Below are positions 8,716-17,817 of a stretch of DNA of 64,000 nt, piece after piece (positions within the stretch are counted from its first letter, which is position 1; each line of letters starts with the position of its first letter). This stretch comes from Labilithrix sp. (GTDB lineage Bacteria > Myxococcota_A > Polyangia > Polyangiales > Polyangiaceae), in contig JAHCIY010000002.1 of assembly GCA_026128965.1 (NCBI GenBank), positions 1,384,108-1,448,107 of the forward strand, read 5' to 3'. Position numbers and translations under genes: made by a program. The notes under the pieces were generated by a model. It did no database searches. It was not told the origin of the DNA and was given only the letters and a program-made list of their open reading frames with translations.

Positions 8716-9687
8716 ATGAGAGCGCCGCTCGTCAGAACGCGTCTCGTCGTCTTCGCGCTCGTCTGCGCGCTGCCGATCCCGTTTGCGCTCGCGGACGACG
8801 GCGGCGCGCCGGCGGCGCCTGCGAGCGCGCCGTCGACCCCGCCGGCGAGCTCGGGCGGTCCTGGGCCGGCGACCGTCCCGATGCCGTCGAGCAGCGTCCC
8901 GCACGTGGTCGAGGGCGAGGAGGCGGACGAGCATCCGGCGCCGAAGCAACCGCCGCAGCAGGTCGTCCTCGTCCGGCAGAGCGTGGTCGTGAAGGACGGC
9001 ATGGCCCGCATCCCGGGCGGCAAGTTCACGATGGGTACCGACGACAAGAAGGCGCCGCCGAACGAGCGGCCCTCGCGCGTCGTCGTCGTGCCGCCGTTCT
9101 GGCTCGACAAGACGGAGGTAACGGTCGGCGCGTACCGCGCGTGCGTCGACAAGGGCGCGTGCCCGCGTCCGGTGCGCTCGAGCCTCGAGTGCACGTGGGA
9201 CAAGGGCGAGCCGCAGCTCCCGATCTCGTGCGTGTCGTGGACGAACGCGTCGACGTACTGCGCGTCGGTCGGCAAGCGCCTCCCGCGCGAGGTCGAGTGG
9301 GAGATGGCGGCGCGGGGGACGACGCCGATCCGTTATCCGTGGGGCGGCCAGAGCGCGGCCGGCTGCGGCGCGGCGGTCACGCTCGCGAGCGAGGCGACGC
9401 AGCGGAGCTGCGGCGGCCGGCGGCCGTCGAAGGTCGGGACCCACATGGCCGGCGCGAGCCCATTCGGAATCCACGATATGAGCGGAAACGTCGAAGAATG
9501 GGTCGCCGACTGGTACGCGGAGACGAGCTCGGACCTCTCCCCGCGCGCGGGCGCGAGCCACGTGCTGCGCGGCGGCGGCTGGCTCTCGACGCCGTCCGCG
9601 TCGAGGACGACGAGCCGCAACTGGGGCTCGGCGCGCGAGGCAGGCCCGAACGTCGGCTTCCGCTGCGCCAAAGACGCAACCGACTGA
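8716..9687 (+). CDS. FGE-sulfatase (SUMF1/formylglycine-generating enzyme) family protein, secreted
   Basis: Signal peptide. FGE-domain motifs RIPGGKFTMG, VSWTNASTYC, RLPREVEWE, DMSGNVEEWVADWY and GFRCA. Confidence 0.8.
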   Translation: MRAPLVRTRLVVFALVCALPIPFALADDGGAPAAPASAPSTPPASSGGPGPATVPMPSSSVPHVVEGEEADEHPAPKQPPQQVVLVRQSVVVKDGMARIPGGKFTMGTDDKKAPPNERPSRVVVVPPFWLDKTEVTVGAYRACVDKGACPRPVRSSLECTWDKGEPQLPISCVSWTNASTYCASVGKRLPREVEWEMAARGTTPIRYPWGGQSAAGCGAAVTLASEATQRSCGGRRPSKVGTHMAGASPFGIHDMSGNVEEWVADWYAETSSDLSPRAGASHVLRGGGWLSTPSASRTTSRNWGSAREAGPNVGFRCAKDATD

Positions 9688-9837
9688 CCCCCCGGTCGCT
9701 CCGCCGCCAGGCGCAGGTGGATCTTCTCCCTGGTCCCCGTCCGCCCCACCTGCAATTACACAGTGACGCTGGAATAACCTCCAACCCATCGAGAACGCGA
9801 CGCTCGCGCTCACGCTTGCGCGCCCACCTGCGCACTC

Positions 9838-9853
9838 GCCGCGTGGCACCCGT
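9838..9853 (+). promoter_or_regulatory. Candidate sigma-54 (-24/-12) promoter
   Basis: gcgTGGCACccgtccTGCgt has a perfect -24 TGGCAC, a 5-nt spacer, and CTGC (consensus TTGC). Confidence 0.2.
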
Positions 9854-9871
9854 CCTGCGTCGTGCCCCGAC

Positions 9872-10192
9872 ATGAGCGAAGCGACCGCGACGTTCCCGAT
9901 GTTCGAGCCCGCCCCCCGCCGCAAGTCCGCGGCCCCGGCCTGCCTCGTCGTCCTGCTCGCGATCCTCGCGGTGGAGCTCTGCCGCCTCCTCGCCGCGACC
10001 CCAGAGCTCCACCGCGCGACGCCCGAGACCCCCGACGTCGAAGCGATCCCGATCGCCCCCATCGACGCCCCCGCCCACGCCTTCGTGCCCCTCGAGCCCG
10101 ACACGCCCCTCAAGCGCGCCCCCACCCGCCGCATCGCAAAGAAACAACCCCCGCGCCCCGACGACGTCCCCTCGACCCGCGACATCTTCTAA
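9872..10192 (+). CDS. Hypothetical small membrane protein
   Basis: ATG ORF with one hydrophobic segment (ACLVVLLAILAVEL). No recognisable domain. Directly precedes the repeat element. Confidence 0.3.
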   Translation: MSEATATFPMFEPAPRRKSAAPACLVVLLAILAVELCRLLAATPELHRATPETPDVEAIPIAPIDAPAHAFVPLEPDTPLKRAPTRRIAKKQPPRPDDVPSTRDIF

Positions 10193-10204
10193 CCCCCACC
10201 CCCA

Positions 10205-10455
10205 CCCGCGATCGCACCCCCTCCCACGCAGCCAGCACCGGCTAAAGCTCGAAGCGGCCGCGATCGCAGCCCCCTCCCACGCAGCCAGCACCGGCTGAAG
10301 CTCGAAGCGGCCACCGCGAGCGCAGCCCCCTCCCACGCAGCCAGCACCGGGGCCCCAGAAGCGGCCGCGCAAGCGGTTGCGAAGCAACCCGAGCGCGCAG
10401 CGCGAGGGCCGTGTCTGGGGTGGGGGTGTCGGGGGCGAAGCCCCCGACGTTGAGT
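10205..10455 (+). repeat. REP/MITE-like palindromic element (copy 1) with three ~57-nt direct sub-repeats
   Basis: Three copies of gcagccccctcccacgcagccagcaccgg.taaagctcgaagcggcc. This is followed by the core ggggccccagaagcggccgc...cgcgagggccgtgtctggggtgggggtgtcgggggcgaagcccccgacgttgag, which contains the perfect hairpin gtcggggg-cgaag-cccccgac. The same core occurs at ~29794, ~44208 (inverted) and ~60480. Confidence 0.8.
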
Positions 10456-10634
10456 TGAGTACGGGAATGGGAGCCGCCGGCGAGGGTTCTCTCCCCGGCG
10501 CGCGGCCTGGGCTTTGGGGCTCGCTGCCCCTGCGGTTGACCCCCCATGGGGATTCGACTAACTCCCCCCGACCTCCCCCGGATCGGCTCGGTTTTGGGCT
10601 CTTTTTTCGGGGAATTGCGGAGTATCGCGATCCG

Positions 10635-11051
10635 ATGTCCTTCTCCTTCCAGAACGTCCCGCCCAAGCAGGGCACGCCCGGCGTCGAGGCCCCCGCCCCC
10701 GCGGGCGGGCAGCAGGCCGCCCAGCCCCCCGGCGGGAGCATGCTCACCATGCTCCTGCCGATCCTCATCCTCGTTCCGTTCCTCTTCATGAGCTTCCGGC
10801 GGAACAAGAAGGAGGCGGAGGCGCGCAAGAACCTGAAGAAGGGCGACAAGATCGTCACCCAGGCCGGCCTCATCGGCGAGCTCGTCGAGCTCGACGAGCG
10901 CGTCGCGAAGGTGAAGATCGCGCCGGGCACCACCGTGTCCGTCCTCGCGAGCTCGGTCTCGTCCTACGACGCCGCGCCGGCGTCCGCGAGCAAGACCGAC
11001 AAGGAGCTCGCCGATCTCAAAGAGGCGAAGGCGACCGCCGACAAGAAATGA
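10635..11051 (+). CDS. yajC: Preprotein translocase subunit YajC
   Basis: ATG at 10635. TM segment followed by the YajC signature KKGDKIVTQAGLIGELVELDERVAKVKIAPG. Lies upstream of secD/secF. Confidence 0.85.
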   Translation: MSFSFQNVPPKQGTPGVEAPAPAGGQQAAQPPGGSMLTMLLPILILVPFLFMSFRRNKKEAEARKNLKKGDKIVTQAGLIGELVELDERVAKVKIAPGTTVSVLASSVSSYDAAPASASKTDKELADLKEAKATADKK

Positions 11052-11072
11052 ACCCAGGCCGAGCCCACATCG

Positions 11073-13151
11073 ATGACCAGCTCTCAGCGTAACTCCTTCA
11101 TCGTGATGGCCGTGGCCGGCGCCGCGGGCTACGCGTTCTATCGCGCCGACAACTTCTGGGGCCTCGTCCTCATGGGCCTCACCGTGATCTGGGCCATCAT
11201 CACGGCGCTGCCGATCATGGACAGCACGTGGCGCTTCAAGGTCGGCTTCGTCGCCGCGACCTTCTTCGGCTCGATCGTCTGCCTCTTGCCGACGTTCGAA
11301 GACCTCTCGCGCGCCAAGGACGGCACCGCGAGGTTCAAGTGCCCGACCTACGTGCGCGATCGCATCGAGTTCGGCGTCGTGAAGGGGCTCGACCTCCAAG
11401 GCGGCCTCCGCCTCGTCTACACGGTCGAGGTCGAAGAGGCGCTCCGCGACAAGCGCGACAAGTTCGCCGACGACATGCGCCAGGACCTGGCGACCTCGTA
11501 CAAGATCCACACCGGCGAAGGCCTCCTCAAGCTCCCCGAGCTCAAGCAGCTCGAGGAGAAGGTGCACATCTTCACGCCCGAGAGCGCGCTCCTCCGCATC
11601 AAGTTCGTCAACCCGGCGGACCTGTCGATGATCGACCAGCGCTTCAAGGAGAAGTTCGCGAAGGAGCTCGCCGAGGTCCGCACGAGCGAGCCGGGCGAGG
11701 TCGTGTTCAAGCTCCGCGCCGAGCTCGAGACGCAGACGCGCGAGCGCGCCGTCACGCAGGCGAAGGACACCGTCAACCGCCGCGTCGACGAGCTCGGCCT
11801 CCGCGAGGCGAGCGTCACCACGCGCGACGAGGACATCATCGTCGAGGTGCCGGGCTCGAACCGCGCGCAGTTCGAAGAGATCAAGGAGATCATCCGCAAG
11901 ACGGCGCGCCTCGAGTTCAAGATGCTCGACGACGAGGCCGACTTCTTCTCCAAGGTCGACGAGAAGCTGGTGCCGGAGGGCATCGAGACGCGGATCGAGA
12001 ACGCGCCGCTCGGCGAGGTGAACGGGCAGAAGCAGAACGCACGCCGCACCTTCTTCTCGACCAAGATCCCGAACGAGTTCGAGGGCAAGAACGTCAAGGA
12101 GGACGAGGTCGCGCGCACGAAGGCGATGCAGGCCGCGCTCGACAAGCTCAAGGCGTTCGTGAAGACGATGGACGTCCCCGACGATCACGTCGTCGGCTAC
12201 GAGAAGACCGAGGACTACGACCCGGACACCGGCAAGGCGACGGAGGACGGCTGGCGTACGTTCTACCTCCGCGCGCGCGCGGACGTGACCGGCGAGTACA
12301 TCACCGACGCGCAGCGCCAGATCGATCAGCGCAGCGGCGTCCCCGAGGTCTACGTCGCGATCACGTTCAGCCCCGCCGGCGCCGACCGCTTCGAGCAGGT
12401 CACCGGCGACAACATCAACCGTCGCTTCGCGATCATCCTCGACGACGTCATCAACTCGGCGCCGGTCATCCGCTCCAAGATCGGCGGCGGCCGCGCGAGC
12501 ATCACGATGGGCTCGGGCGATCAGGACCAGCAGCTCAAGAACGCGGAGAAGCTCGAGATGGTCCTCCGCTCCGGCGCGCTCCCCGCTCCGATCCAGCTCT
12601 CCAACGAGTCGATCATCGGCCCCACCCTCGGCGAGGACGCGATCGCGAAGGGCGCCATCGGCGCGGTCGCGAGCGGCATGCTCGTCCTCGTGTTCATGTT
12701 CATCTACTACCGCAAGTCCGGCCTCGTCGCCGACGCGGCGGTGCTCTTCAACCTGCTGTTCCAGCTCGCGATCCTCGCGTCGTTCAGCGGCACGCTCACG
12801 CTCCCCGGCATCGCCGGCCTCGCGCTCACGATCGGCGTCGCGATCGACGCGAACGTGCTCATCAACGAGCGCATCCGCGAGGAGCTGCGCCAGGGCAAGA
12901 GCGTCCGCGCCGCGGTCGACGCCGGCTACGACAAGGCGTTCACCGCCATCGTCGACGGCCACGTCACCATGTTCATCTCCGGCCTCATCCTCGCCCAGTA
13001 CGGGACGGGTCCGGTCAAGGGCTTCGCCGTGACGCTCATCATCGGCATCATCGCGAGCCTCTTCACCGGCGTGTTCTGCACGCGCCTCGTCTTCGACTGG
13101 TGGGTCCGCGGCGCGAAGGTCAAGCGGCTCAGCGTCGGCGCGGAGTTCTGA
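11073..13151 (+). CDS. secD: Protein translocase subunit SecD
   Basis: 692 aa. N-terminal TM, large periplasmic domain, C-terminal 6-TM SecD/SecF region. Typical yajC-secD-secF order. Confidence 0.9.
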   Translation: MTSSQRNSFIVMAVAGAAGYAFYRADNFWGLVLMGLTVIWAIITALPIMDSTWRFKVGFVAATFFGSIVCLLPTFEDLSRAKDGTARFKCPTYVRDRIEFGVVKGLDLQGGLRLVYTVEVEEALRDKRDKFADDMRQDLATSYKIHTGEGLLKLPELKQLEEKVHIFTPESALLRIKFVNPADLSMIDQRFKEKFAKELAEVRTSEPGEVVFKLRAELETQTRERAVTQAKDTVNRRVDELGLREASVTTRDEDIIVEVPGSNRAQFEEIKEIIRKTARLEFKMLDDEADFFSKVDEKLVPEGIETRIENAPLGEVNGQKQNARRTFFSTKIPNEFEGKNVKEDEVARTKAMQAALDKLKAFVKTMDVPDDHVVGYEKTEDYDPDTGKATEDGWRTFYLRARADVTGEYITDAQRQIDQRSGVPEVYVAITFSPAGADRFEQVTGDNINRRFAIILDDVINSAPVIRSKIGGGRASITMGSGDQDQQLKNAEKLEMVLRSGALPAPIQLSNESIIGPTLGEDAIAKGAIGAVASGMLVLVFMFIYYRKSGLVADAAVLFNLLFQLAILASFSGTLTLPGIAGLALTIGVAIDANVLINERIREELRQGKSVRAAVDAGYDKAFTAIVDGHVTMFISGLILAQYGTGPVKGFAVTLIIGIIASLFTGVFCTRLVFDWWVRGAKVKRLSVGAEF

Positions 13152-13160
13152 GAGGGAGTC

Positions 13161-14378
13161 ATGGAGTTCTTCAAGTCCCACAAAACCTATGACTTCATGT
13201 CCCAGCGCAAATGGTGGATTGCGCTGTCGATCTTCCTCACCATCGCCTCGATCGTCTCGCTCTACGTCCCCGGTCCGAACTACGGCACCGACTTCCGCGG
13301 CGGCACCGAGATCGAGGTCGCGTTCACGAAGACGACCGACGGCGGGCAGATCCGCGAGGCGGTCGTGCACTCGGGGCAGTTCTCCGAGCCGGACGTGGTG
13401 CAGGTCCAGAGCCCGACGTCGGACAGCCAGTTCTTGATCCGCGTCCAGGAGATCAGCACCGTCGACGACACGACGAAGGAGGCGCTCAAGAAGGCGCTCT
13501 GCTTCGGCGTCGAGGGCGACGGGGACGCCGCCTGCCCGAAGAACGCGCAGGCGACGGAGGTGAAGTTCAGCGCCGGCGGCGACAAGCTCGGCGTCCGCTA
13601 CGACACCGAGCCCGACCTCGAGAAGATCAAGCAGCAGGTCCAGACCGTCGCGAACGTGAAGCTCCGCGTATCCGACAAGAACCCGCAGGTCGTGAACAAG
13701 CGCGACCACCGCGTCGAGATCCAGCTCCAGTCGAAGGGCGACCAGCTGATGGACGTCCTCCGCGCGCAGCTCGGCGACGCGGTGCCCGACCACGCCCTCC
13801 GCGTCGAGTGGGTCGGTCCGAAGGCGGGCAAGCAGCTCCGCGACAGCGCGCGCAACGCGGTCGCGCTCTCGATCGTGTTCATCATGATCTACCTCGCGTT
13901 CCGCTTCGACCTGCGGTTCGCGCCCGGCGTCGTCCTCGCGTGCGTCCACGACGCGGTCGTCGTCCTCGGCGCCTTCGTCGTGACGAGACGCGAGGTCACG
14001 CTGTCGACGATCGCGGTCGTGCTCACGATCGTCGGCTACTCGATGAACGACACCGTCGTCGTCTACGACCGCATCCGCGAGAACCTCGGCAAGCATCGCG
14101 GCAAGAGCTTCGGCGAGATCATCAACATGAGCGTCTCCGAGACCCTCTCGCGCACGATCCTCACGTCGGGCGCGACGATGCTCTCCGTCCTCGCGTTCTT
14201 CATCTGGGGCACCGGCGTCCTCAAGGACTTCGCCTTCGGCATGGTCGTCGGCATCGTCGCCGGCACGTACTCCAGCATCTACGTCGCCGCGCCGCTCACG
14301 GAGTGGATCGACAAGCGCATCTCCAAGCGCTCGCAGACCGCGAGCATGAAGAAGCGCCTCCGCGCGAAGCCGGCCTAG
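13161..14378 (+). CDS. secF: Protein translocase subunit SecF
   Basis: RBS gagggag before the ATG. SecF-like TM core (…LSIVFIMIYLAFRF…ILTSGATMLSV…). Confidence 0.9.
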   Translation: MEFFKSHKTYDFMSQRKWWIALSIFLTIASIVSLYVPGPNYGTDFRGGTEIEVAFTKTTDGGQIREAVVHSGQFSEPDVVQVQSPTSDSQFLIRVQEISTVDDTTKEALKKALCFGVEGDGDAACPKNAQATEVKFSAGGDKLGVRYDTEPDLEKIKQQVQTVANVKLRVSDKNPQVVNKRDHRVEIQLQSKGDQLMDVLRAQLGDAVPDHALRVEWVGPKAGKQLRDSARNAVALSIVFIMIYLAFRFDLRFAPGVVLACVHDAVVVLGAFVVTRREVTLSTIAVVLTIVGYSMNDTVVVYDRIRENLGKHRGKSFGEIINMSVSETLSRTILTSGATMLSVLAFFIWGTGVLKDFAFGMVVGIVAGTYSSIYVAAPLTEWIDKRISKRSQTASMKKRLRAKPA

Positions 14379-14627
14379 GCTCCGGCCGTCGGTGAGCTAG
14401 CCTAGCGCCAGGTTTCCCGAATGATCTCGACGTCACCGGGAAGCCGCGGATCGGGTGCGCGCGGCGCCTCGCTCGCTGATGCACGCATATCCAGCGACAA
14501 TCGCTCGGTTTTTTCGAGCGAAATGAGCTCGACTATTTGTTGATGCGAGCGGATGGTCGAGATGGTATGAGCGCGACGCGTCTCGACCGGGGGTGGTCGA
14601 GTTCCGCAGCCCCGAGGGGAATTCGCC

Positions 14628-14909
14628 ATGATGAAGCAGCTCGGTCTCGTCGCGATTGCGGTCTCTCTCCTCGGCGCCGCCGAGCCTCTGTCGACGGACC
14701 GCAGGGTCCACGGCGTCATCACGGCCATCGCGCCGGACACGCTGACGATCGCGAGCGAGAAGCGCGCGGTCACGGGCCGGATCGATCCCGCGCGGACGAA
14801 GGTGACGATCAACGGTCGGCCCGCGAAGGTGAGCGACCTCAAGATCACCGAGCACGCGAAGGGCGAGCTCTGCCTCGACGACGTCTGGCTCGTCATCGAC
14901 GAGCACTGA
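14628..14909 (+). CDS. Hypothetical small secreted protein
   Basis: 93 aa with signal peptide MMKQLGLVAIAVSLLGAA. No recognisable domain. Confidence 0.45.
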   Translation: MMKQLGLVAIAVSLLGAAEPLSTDRRVHGVITAIAPDTLTIASEKRAVTGRIDPARTKVTINGRPAKVSDLKITEHAKGELCLDDVWLVIDEH

Positions 14910-14955
14910 GTCGCGGTCGCCACCCGCAGAAGAAAGAGCGGTTCACCTGGAGCCG

Positions 14956-15726
14956 TTGATCCACTTCCGTGCCCTGCACAAGGCGTTCGGGACGAAGGTC
15001 ATCTACCGCGGCCTCGAGTTCGCGATCGCGCGCGGCGAGACCGTCACCATCCTCGGCGCGTCCGGCAGCGGCAAGAGCGTGATGCTGAAGATGCTGATCG
15101 GGCTCCTCAGGCCCGATCGCGGCGAGATCGTCTTCGACGGCAAGGACGTCGCGGCGATGGACGACGCCGACCTCTATCGCGTGCGCCGGCGCATCGCGTA
15201 CCTCTTCCAGGGCGCCGCGCTGTTCGACTCGCTGAGCGTCGGCGACAACGTCGCCTACGGGCTGCGGGAGCAGAACTGGAAGACGATGACCGAGCCCGAG
15301 ATCGCGCAGCGTGTCGCGGACGCGCTCGCGAGCGTCGGCCTGCCGGGGATCGAGGAGATGCGTCCGAGCGATCTCTCCGGCGGCATGAAGAAGCGCGTCG
15401 GCCTCGCGCGCACGCTGGCGCTCCAGCCCGAGGTGCTCCTCTACGACGAGCCCACCACCGGCCTCGACCCGATCAACACCGCGCGCATCAACAACCTGAT
15501 CCGCTCGATCAAGAAGCGCCTCGGCCTCACCAGCATCGTCGTCACCCACGACATGGGGACCGCGTTCTCGGTGTCGGACCGCATCGTGATGATCGGGAAG
15601 GGGAGGCTGCTCCTCGAAGGCACGCCGGAGGATTTCCGCCGGAGCGAAGACCCGTACGTCCGCGATTTCATCGACGGGAAGGCGCCCGAGATCGAGGACG
15701 TGTCGGTGCTACTCTCGACCTCGTGA
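14956..15726 (+). CDS. ABC transporter ATP-binding protein, MlaF/Mce-associated type
   Basis: TTG start. Walker A GASGSGKS. ABC signature LSGGMKKRV. Walker B LLYDEPT. Followed directly by an MCE-domain gene. Confidence 0.85.
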   Translation: MIHFRALHKAFGTKVIYRGLEFAIARGETVTILGASGSGKSVMLKMLIGLLRPDRGEIVFDGKDVAAMDDADLYRVRRRIAYLFQGAALFDSLSVGDNVAYGLREQNWKTMTEPEIAQRVADALASVGLPGIEEMRPSDLSGGMKKRVGLARTLALQPEVLLYDEPTTGLDPINTARINNLIRSIKKRLGLTSIVVTHDMGTAFSVSDRIVMIGKGRLLLEGTPEDFRRSEDPYVRDFIDGKAPEIEDVSVLLSTS

Positions 15727-16859
15727 AGCGCGAGAAGGCACGAACGTTCCGGGTCGGGCTCTTCGTTTTCTTCGGCATCGTCCTCTCGGCGATCGCGGTG
15801 TTCACCATCGGTGAGAACCGCAAGGCGTGGGACCGCAAGGTCACGTACCACGCGGCGTACGACGACGTCGTCGGCCTTCGGACAGGGTCGGTCGTGCGCA
15901 TGGGCGGCATCGACATCGGCTCCGTCGGCGAGGTCGAGCACGGGAAGGATCCGAACGACAACAAGGTCTACGTCACGCTCTCGATCGCGAAGGCGGAGAT
16001 GGGGCGCATCCGCGCGGGGACGGTGGCGACGATCGAGGCGAAGGGCCTCCTCGGCGACAAGATGGTCGTCATCGCCTGGGATCAGCCGCGCGCGGAGAAG
16101 ATGCGCGCGGAGGGCAAGGACCCCAACGCGGCCGTCGCACCGGACGGGTGGCTCGACACCGCGCCGCCGGGCGATCTCTTCGGCGACGCGCAGAAGGCGG
16201 CGCAGGAGGCGAAGGCCGCGCTCTCGGACATCAAGCGCGTCACGGAGGGGATCGCGGACGATCGGTTCAAGGAAGACCTCCACGGGACGATGTCCTCGCT
16301 CCGCCTCATCCTCGACGGCGTCGCGCTCCGGGACGGTGTCGCGCACAAGATGATCTTCGATCCGGAGGAGGCGAAGAAGGTCGAGCGGATCCTCGGCAAC
16401 CTCGAGGCGACCAGCGCGAACCTCGCGCGCGTGAGCCGGGACGCGAACGAGCTGACGACGCAGATCAAGAACGGCAACGGGCTCGCGCACGCGGCGATCT
16501 ACGACGACAAGCTCGCCCAGGCGACGACCGGCTCGATGATCGAGCTCAACAAGTCGCTCGAGGCGGTGCGGACCGGCAATGGCCTCGCCCACGCGATCGT
16601 GTACGGCGACGATCAGACGCAGCACCTGATGGGCAACGTCAACGCGATGAGCGACGACCTCCGCGAGATCGTGGCGGGGATGAAGGCGGGGCGCGGCACC
16701 GTCGGCGCGCTCCTCGTCGACCCGAGCGTGTACGAGGACATCAAGCTGCTCGTCGGCAACGTCGAACGCAACCAGGTGCTGCGCGCGCTCGTGCGCTACT
16801 CGATCAAGCAGAACGAGGAGCGGAGCCCCGAGCCGCCCCCGCCGGCGAAGGCGAAGTGA
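15723..16859 (+). CDS. MCE-family (MlaD-like) substrate-binding protein
   Basis: GTG start overlapping the MlaF-like stop (GTGA). N-terminal TM, then an MCE domain (…VVGLRTGSVVRMGGIDIGSVGEV…), then a long helical C-terminus. Confidence 0.8.
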   Translation: MKREKARTFRVGLFVFFGIVLSAIAVFTIGENRKAWDRKVTYHAAYDDVVGLRTGSVVRMGGIDIGSVGEVEHGKDPNDNKVYVTLSIAKAEMGRIRAGTVATIEAKGLLGDKMVVIAWDQPRAEKMRAEGKDPNAAVAPDGWLDTAPPGDLFGDAQKAAQEAKAALSDIKRVTEGIADDRFKEDLHGTMSSLRLILDGVALRDGVAHKMIFDPEEAKKVERILGNLEATSANLARVSRDANELTTQIKNGNGLAHAAIYDDKLAQATTGSMIELNKSLEAVRTGNGLAHAIVYGDDQTQHLMGNVNAMSDDLREIVAGMKAGRGTVGALLVDPSVYEDIKLLVGNVERNQVLRALVRYSIKQNEERSPEPPPPAKAK

Positions 16860-16865
16860 CGAACG

Positions 16866-17804
16866 TCAGAGCGTCTTGAACCAGGCCACGGAGAGCTCGG
16901 CCGACTTCTCGTAGATCGGGTAGTGCGGCACGCCCGGGGCCTCGCAGAAGAGGAGGGGCTTTCCCGCGTCGCACCCGTTGAACTTCTCGCAGATGTCGGG
17001 GCTCGCCTTGGTGCGCGCGCCGAAGGGGTTGTCGCAGCCGTGGATGCCGGCGAAGAACTGCGCGTAGTACTCGCTGCCGATGTCCTTGTCGTTCCCGCCG
17101 CCGAGGACGAACATCGGGACCTTCACCGGATTCCAGCAGTCGCCGTTCCCGTCGCCGTCCTTGTCTTGCGGCGCGCCGCCCTGGTGGACCGCGACGGCGG
17201 TGAAGATGTCCTTCCCGCTGCAGAGGAGCTCGCCGATCTGGAACGCGCCCTTGCTGTAGCCGAAGCCCCAGATCTTCCCGGCGTCGATGTTCCGCTTGCC
17301 CTTCACCGCGGCGATGATCGCGGGGACCATCTTCTGGTCCTTGTTGTTGTCGTAGTAGGTCGTGAGGTCGAGCGACTGATCGGTGAACGCCATCACCGCT
17401 TCGGTGCCGGCGACGTTGGTGAGCCCGCTGAAGCCGATGAAGCCACCGGCGTCCTGGCCGTCACCGTGCATCGCGACGATGAGCGGGTACGCCCTCGCCT
17501 CGTCGTAGTCCTTCGGCGCGACCAGCTTGTAGGCGCGCGGCGTGCCGTCGACGTCGACGCTCTCGTCCGAGATGACGACGTCGTTCGAGGGCGGCGGGTT
17601 CCCGCTCGACCCGCTGCTGGTCGTGCTCGTGCTGCCGTTCCCGTTGCTCCCGTTCGAGCTGCCGCCGGACGAGGCGGGCTCGCCGCCGCTGCTCGACGAC
17701 GTGGAGGTCGCGTCGGGCTCGGTCGAGCCTTTGCACGCGATGAGGGCAAGAACGAAGACGGCCACGCCGGAGAGAAGCGAGTTGCGAAGCATGGCCCACA
17801 GCAT
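16866..17804 (-). CDS. Lipoprotein esterase, PHB-depolymerase/feruloyl-esterase-like alpha/beta hydrolase
   Basis: Lipobox LALIAC. Ser/Gly-rich linker. YPLIVAMHGDGQDAGGF and nucleophile elbow GFGYSKGAF. Confidence 0.75.
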   Translation of the reverse strand: MLWAMLRNSLLSGVAVFVLALIACKGSTEPDATSTSSSSGGEPASSGGSSNGSNGNGSTSTTSSGSSGNPPPSNDVVISDESVDVDGTPRAYKLVAPKDYDEARAYPLIVAMHGDGQDAGGFIGFSGLTNVAGTEAVMAFTDQSLDLTTYYDNNKDQKMVPAIIAAVKGKRNIDAGKIWGFGYSKGAFQIGELLCSGKDIFTAVAVHQGGAPQDKDGDGNGDCWNPVKVPMFVLGGGNDKDIGSEYYAQFFAGIHGCDNPFGARTKASPDICEKFNGCDAGKPLLFCEAPGVPHYPIYEKSAELSVAWFKTL

Positions 17805-17817
17805 AGCGTCTCCGCCT

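Noticed and set aside
7032-9275. 747-aa minus-strand ORF, along with the other RRRR-rich ORFs (for example 7213..7791 and 7904..8719)
   Set aside because: Arg-rich frame artefacts overlapping the PFOR-like and FGE genes. No domain or start context.
10242-14096. 1284-aa minus-strand ORF antisense to yajC-secD-secF
   Set aside because: The translation is Arg/Asp/Glu/Leu-rich low-complexity sequence typical of the antisense frame of high-GC genes. The opposite strand encodes clearly recognisable SecD/SecF.
14380-14627. Possible terminator or small RNA in the secF–ORF14628 spacer (relatively AT-rich 14500-14545)
   Set aside because: No convincing hairpin plus U-tract or conserved ncRNA structure could be identified by eye. 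Probably a promoter region.
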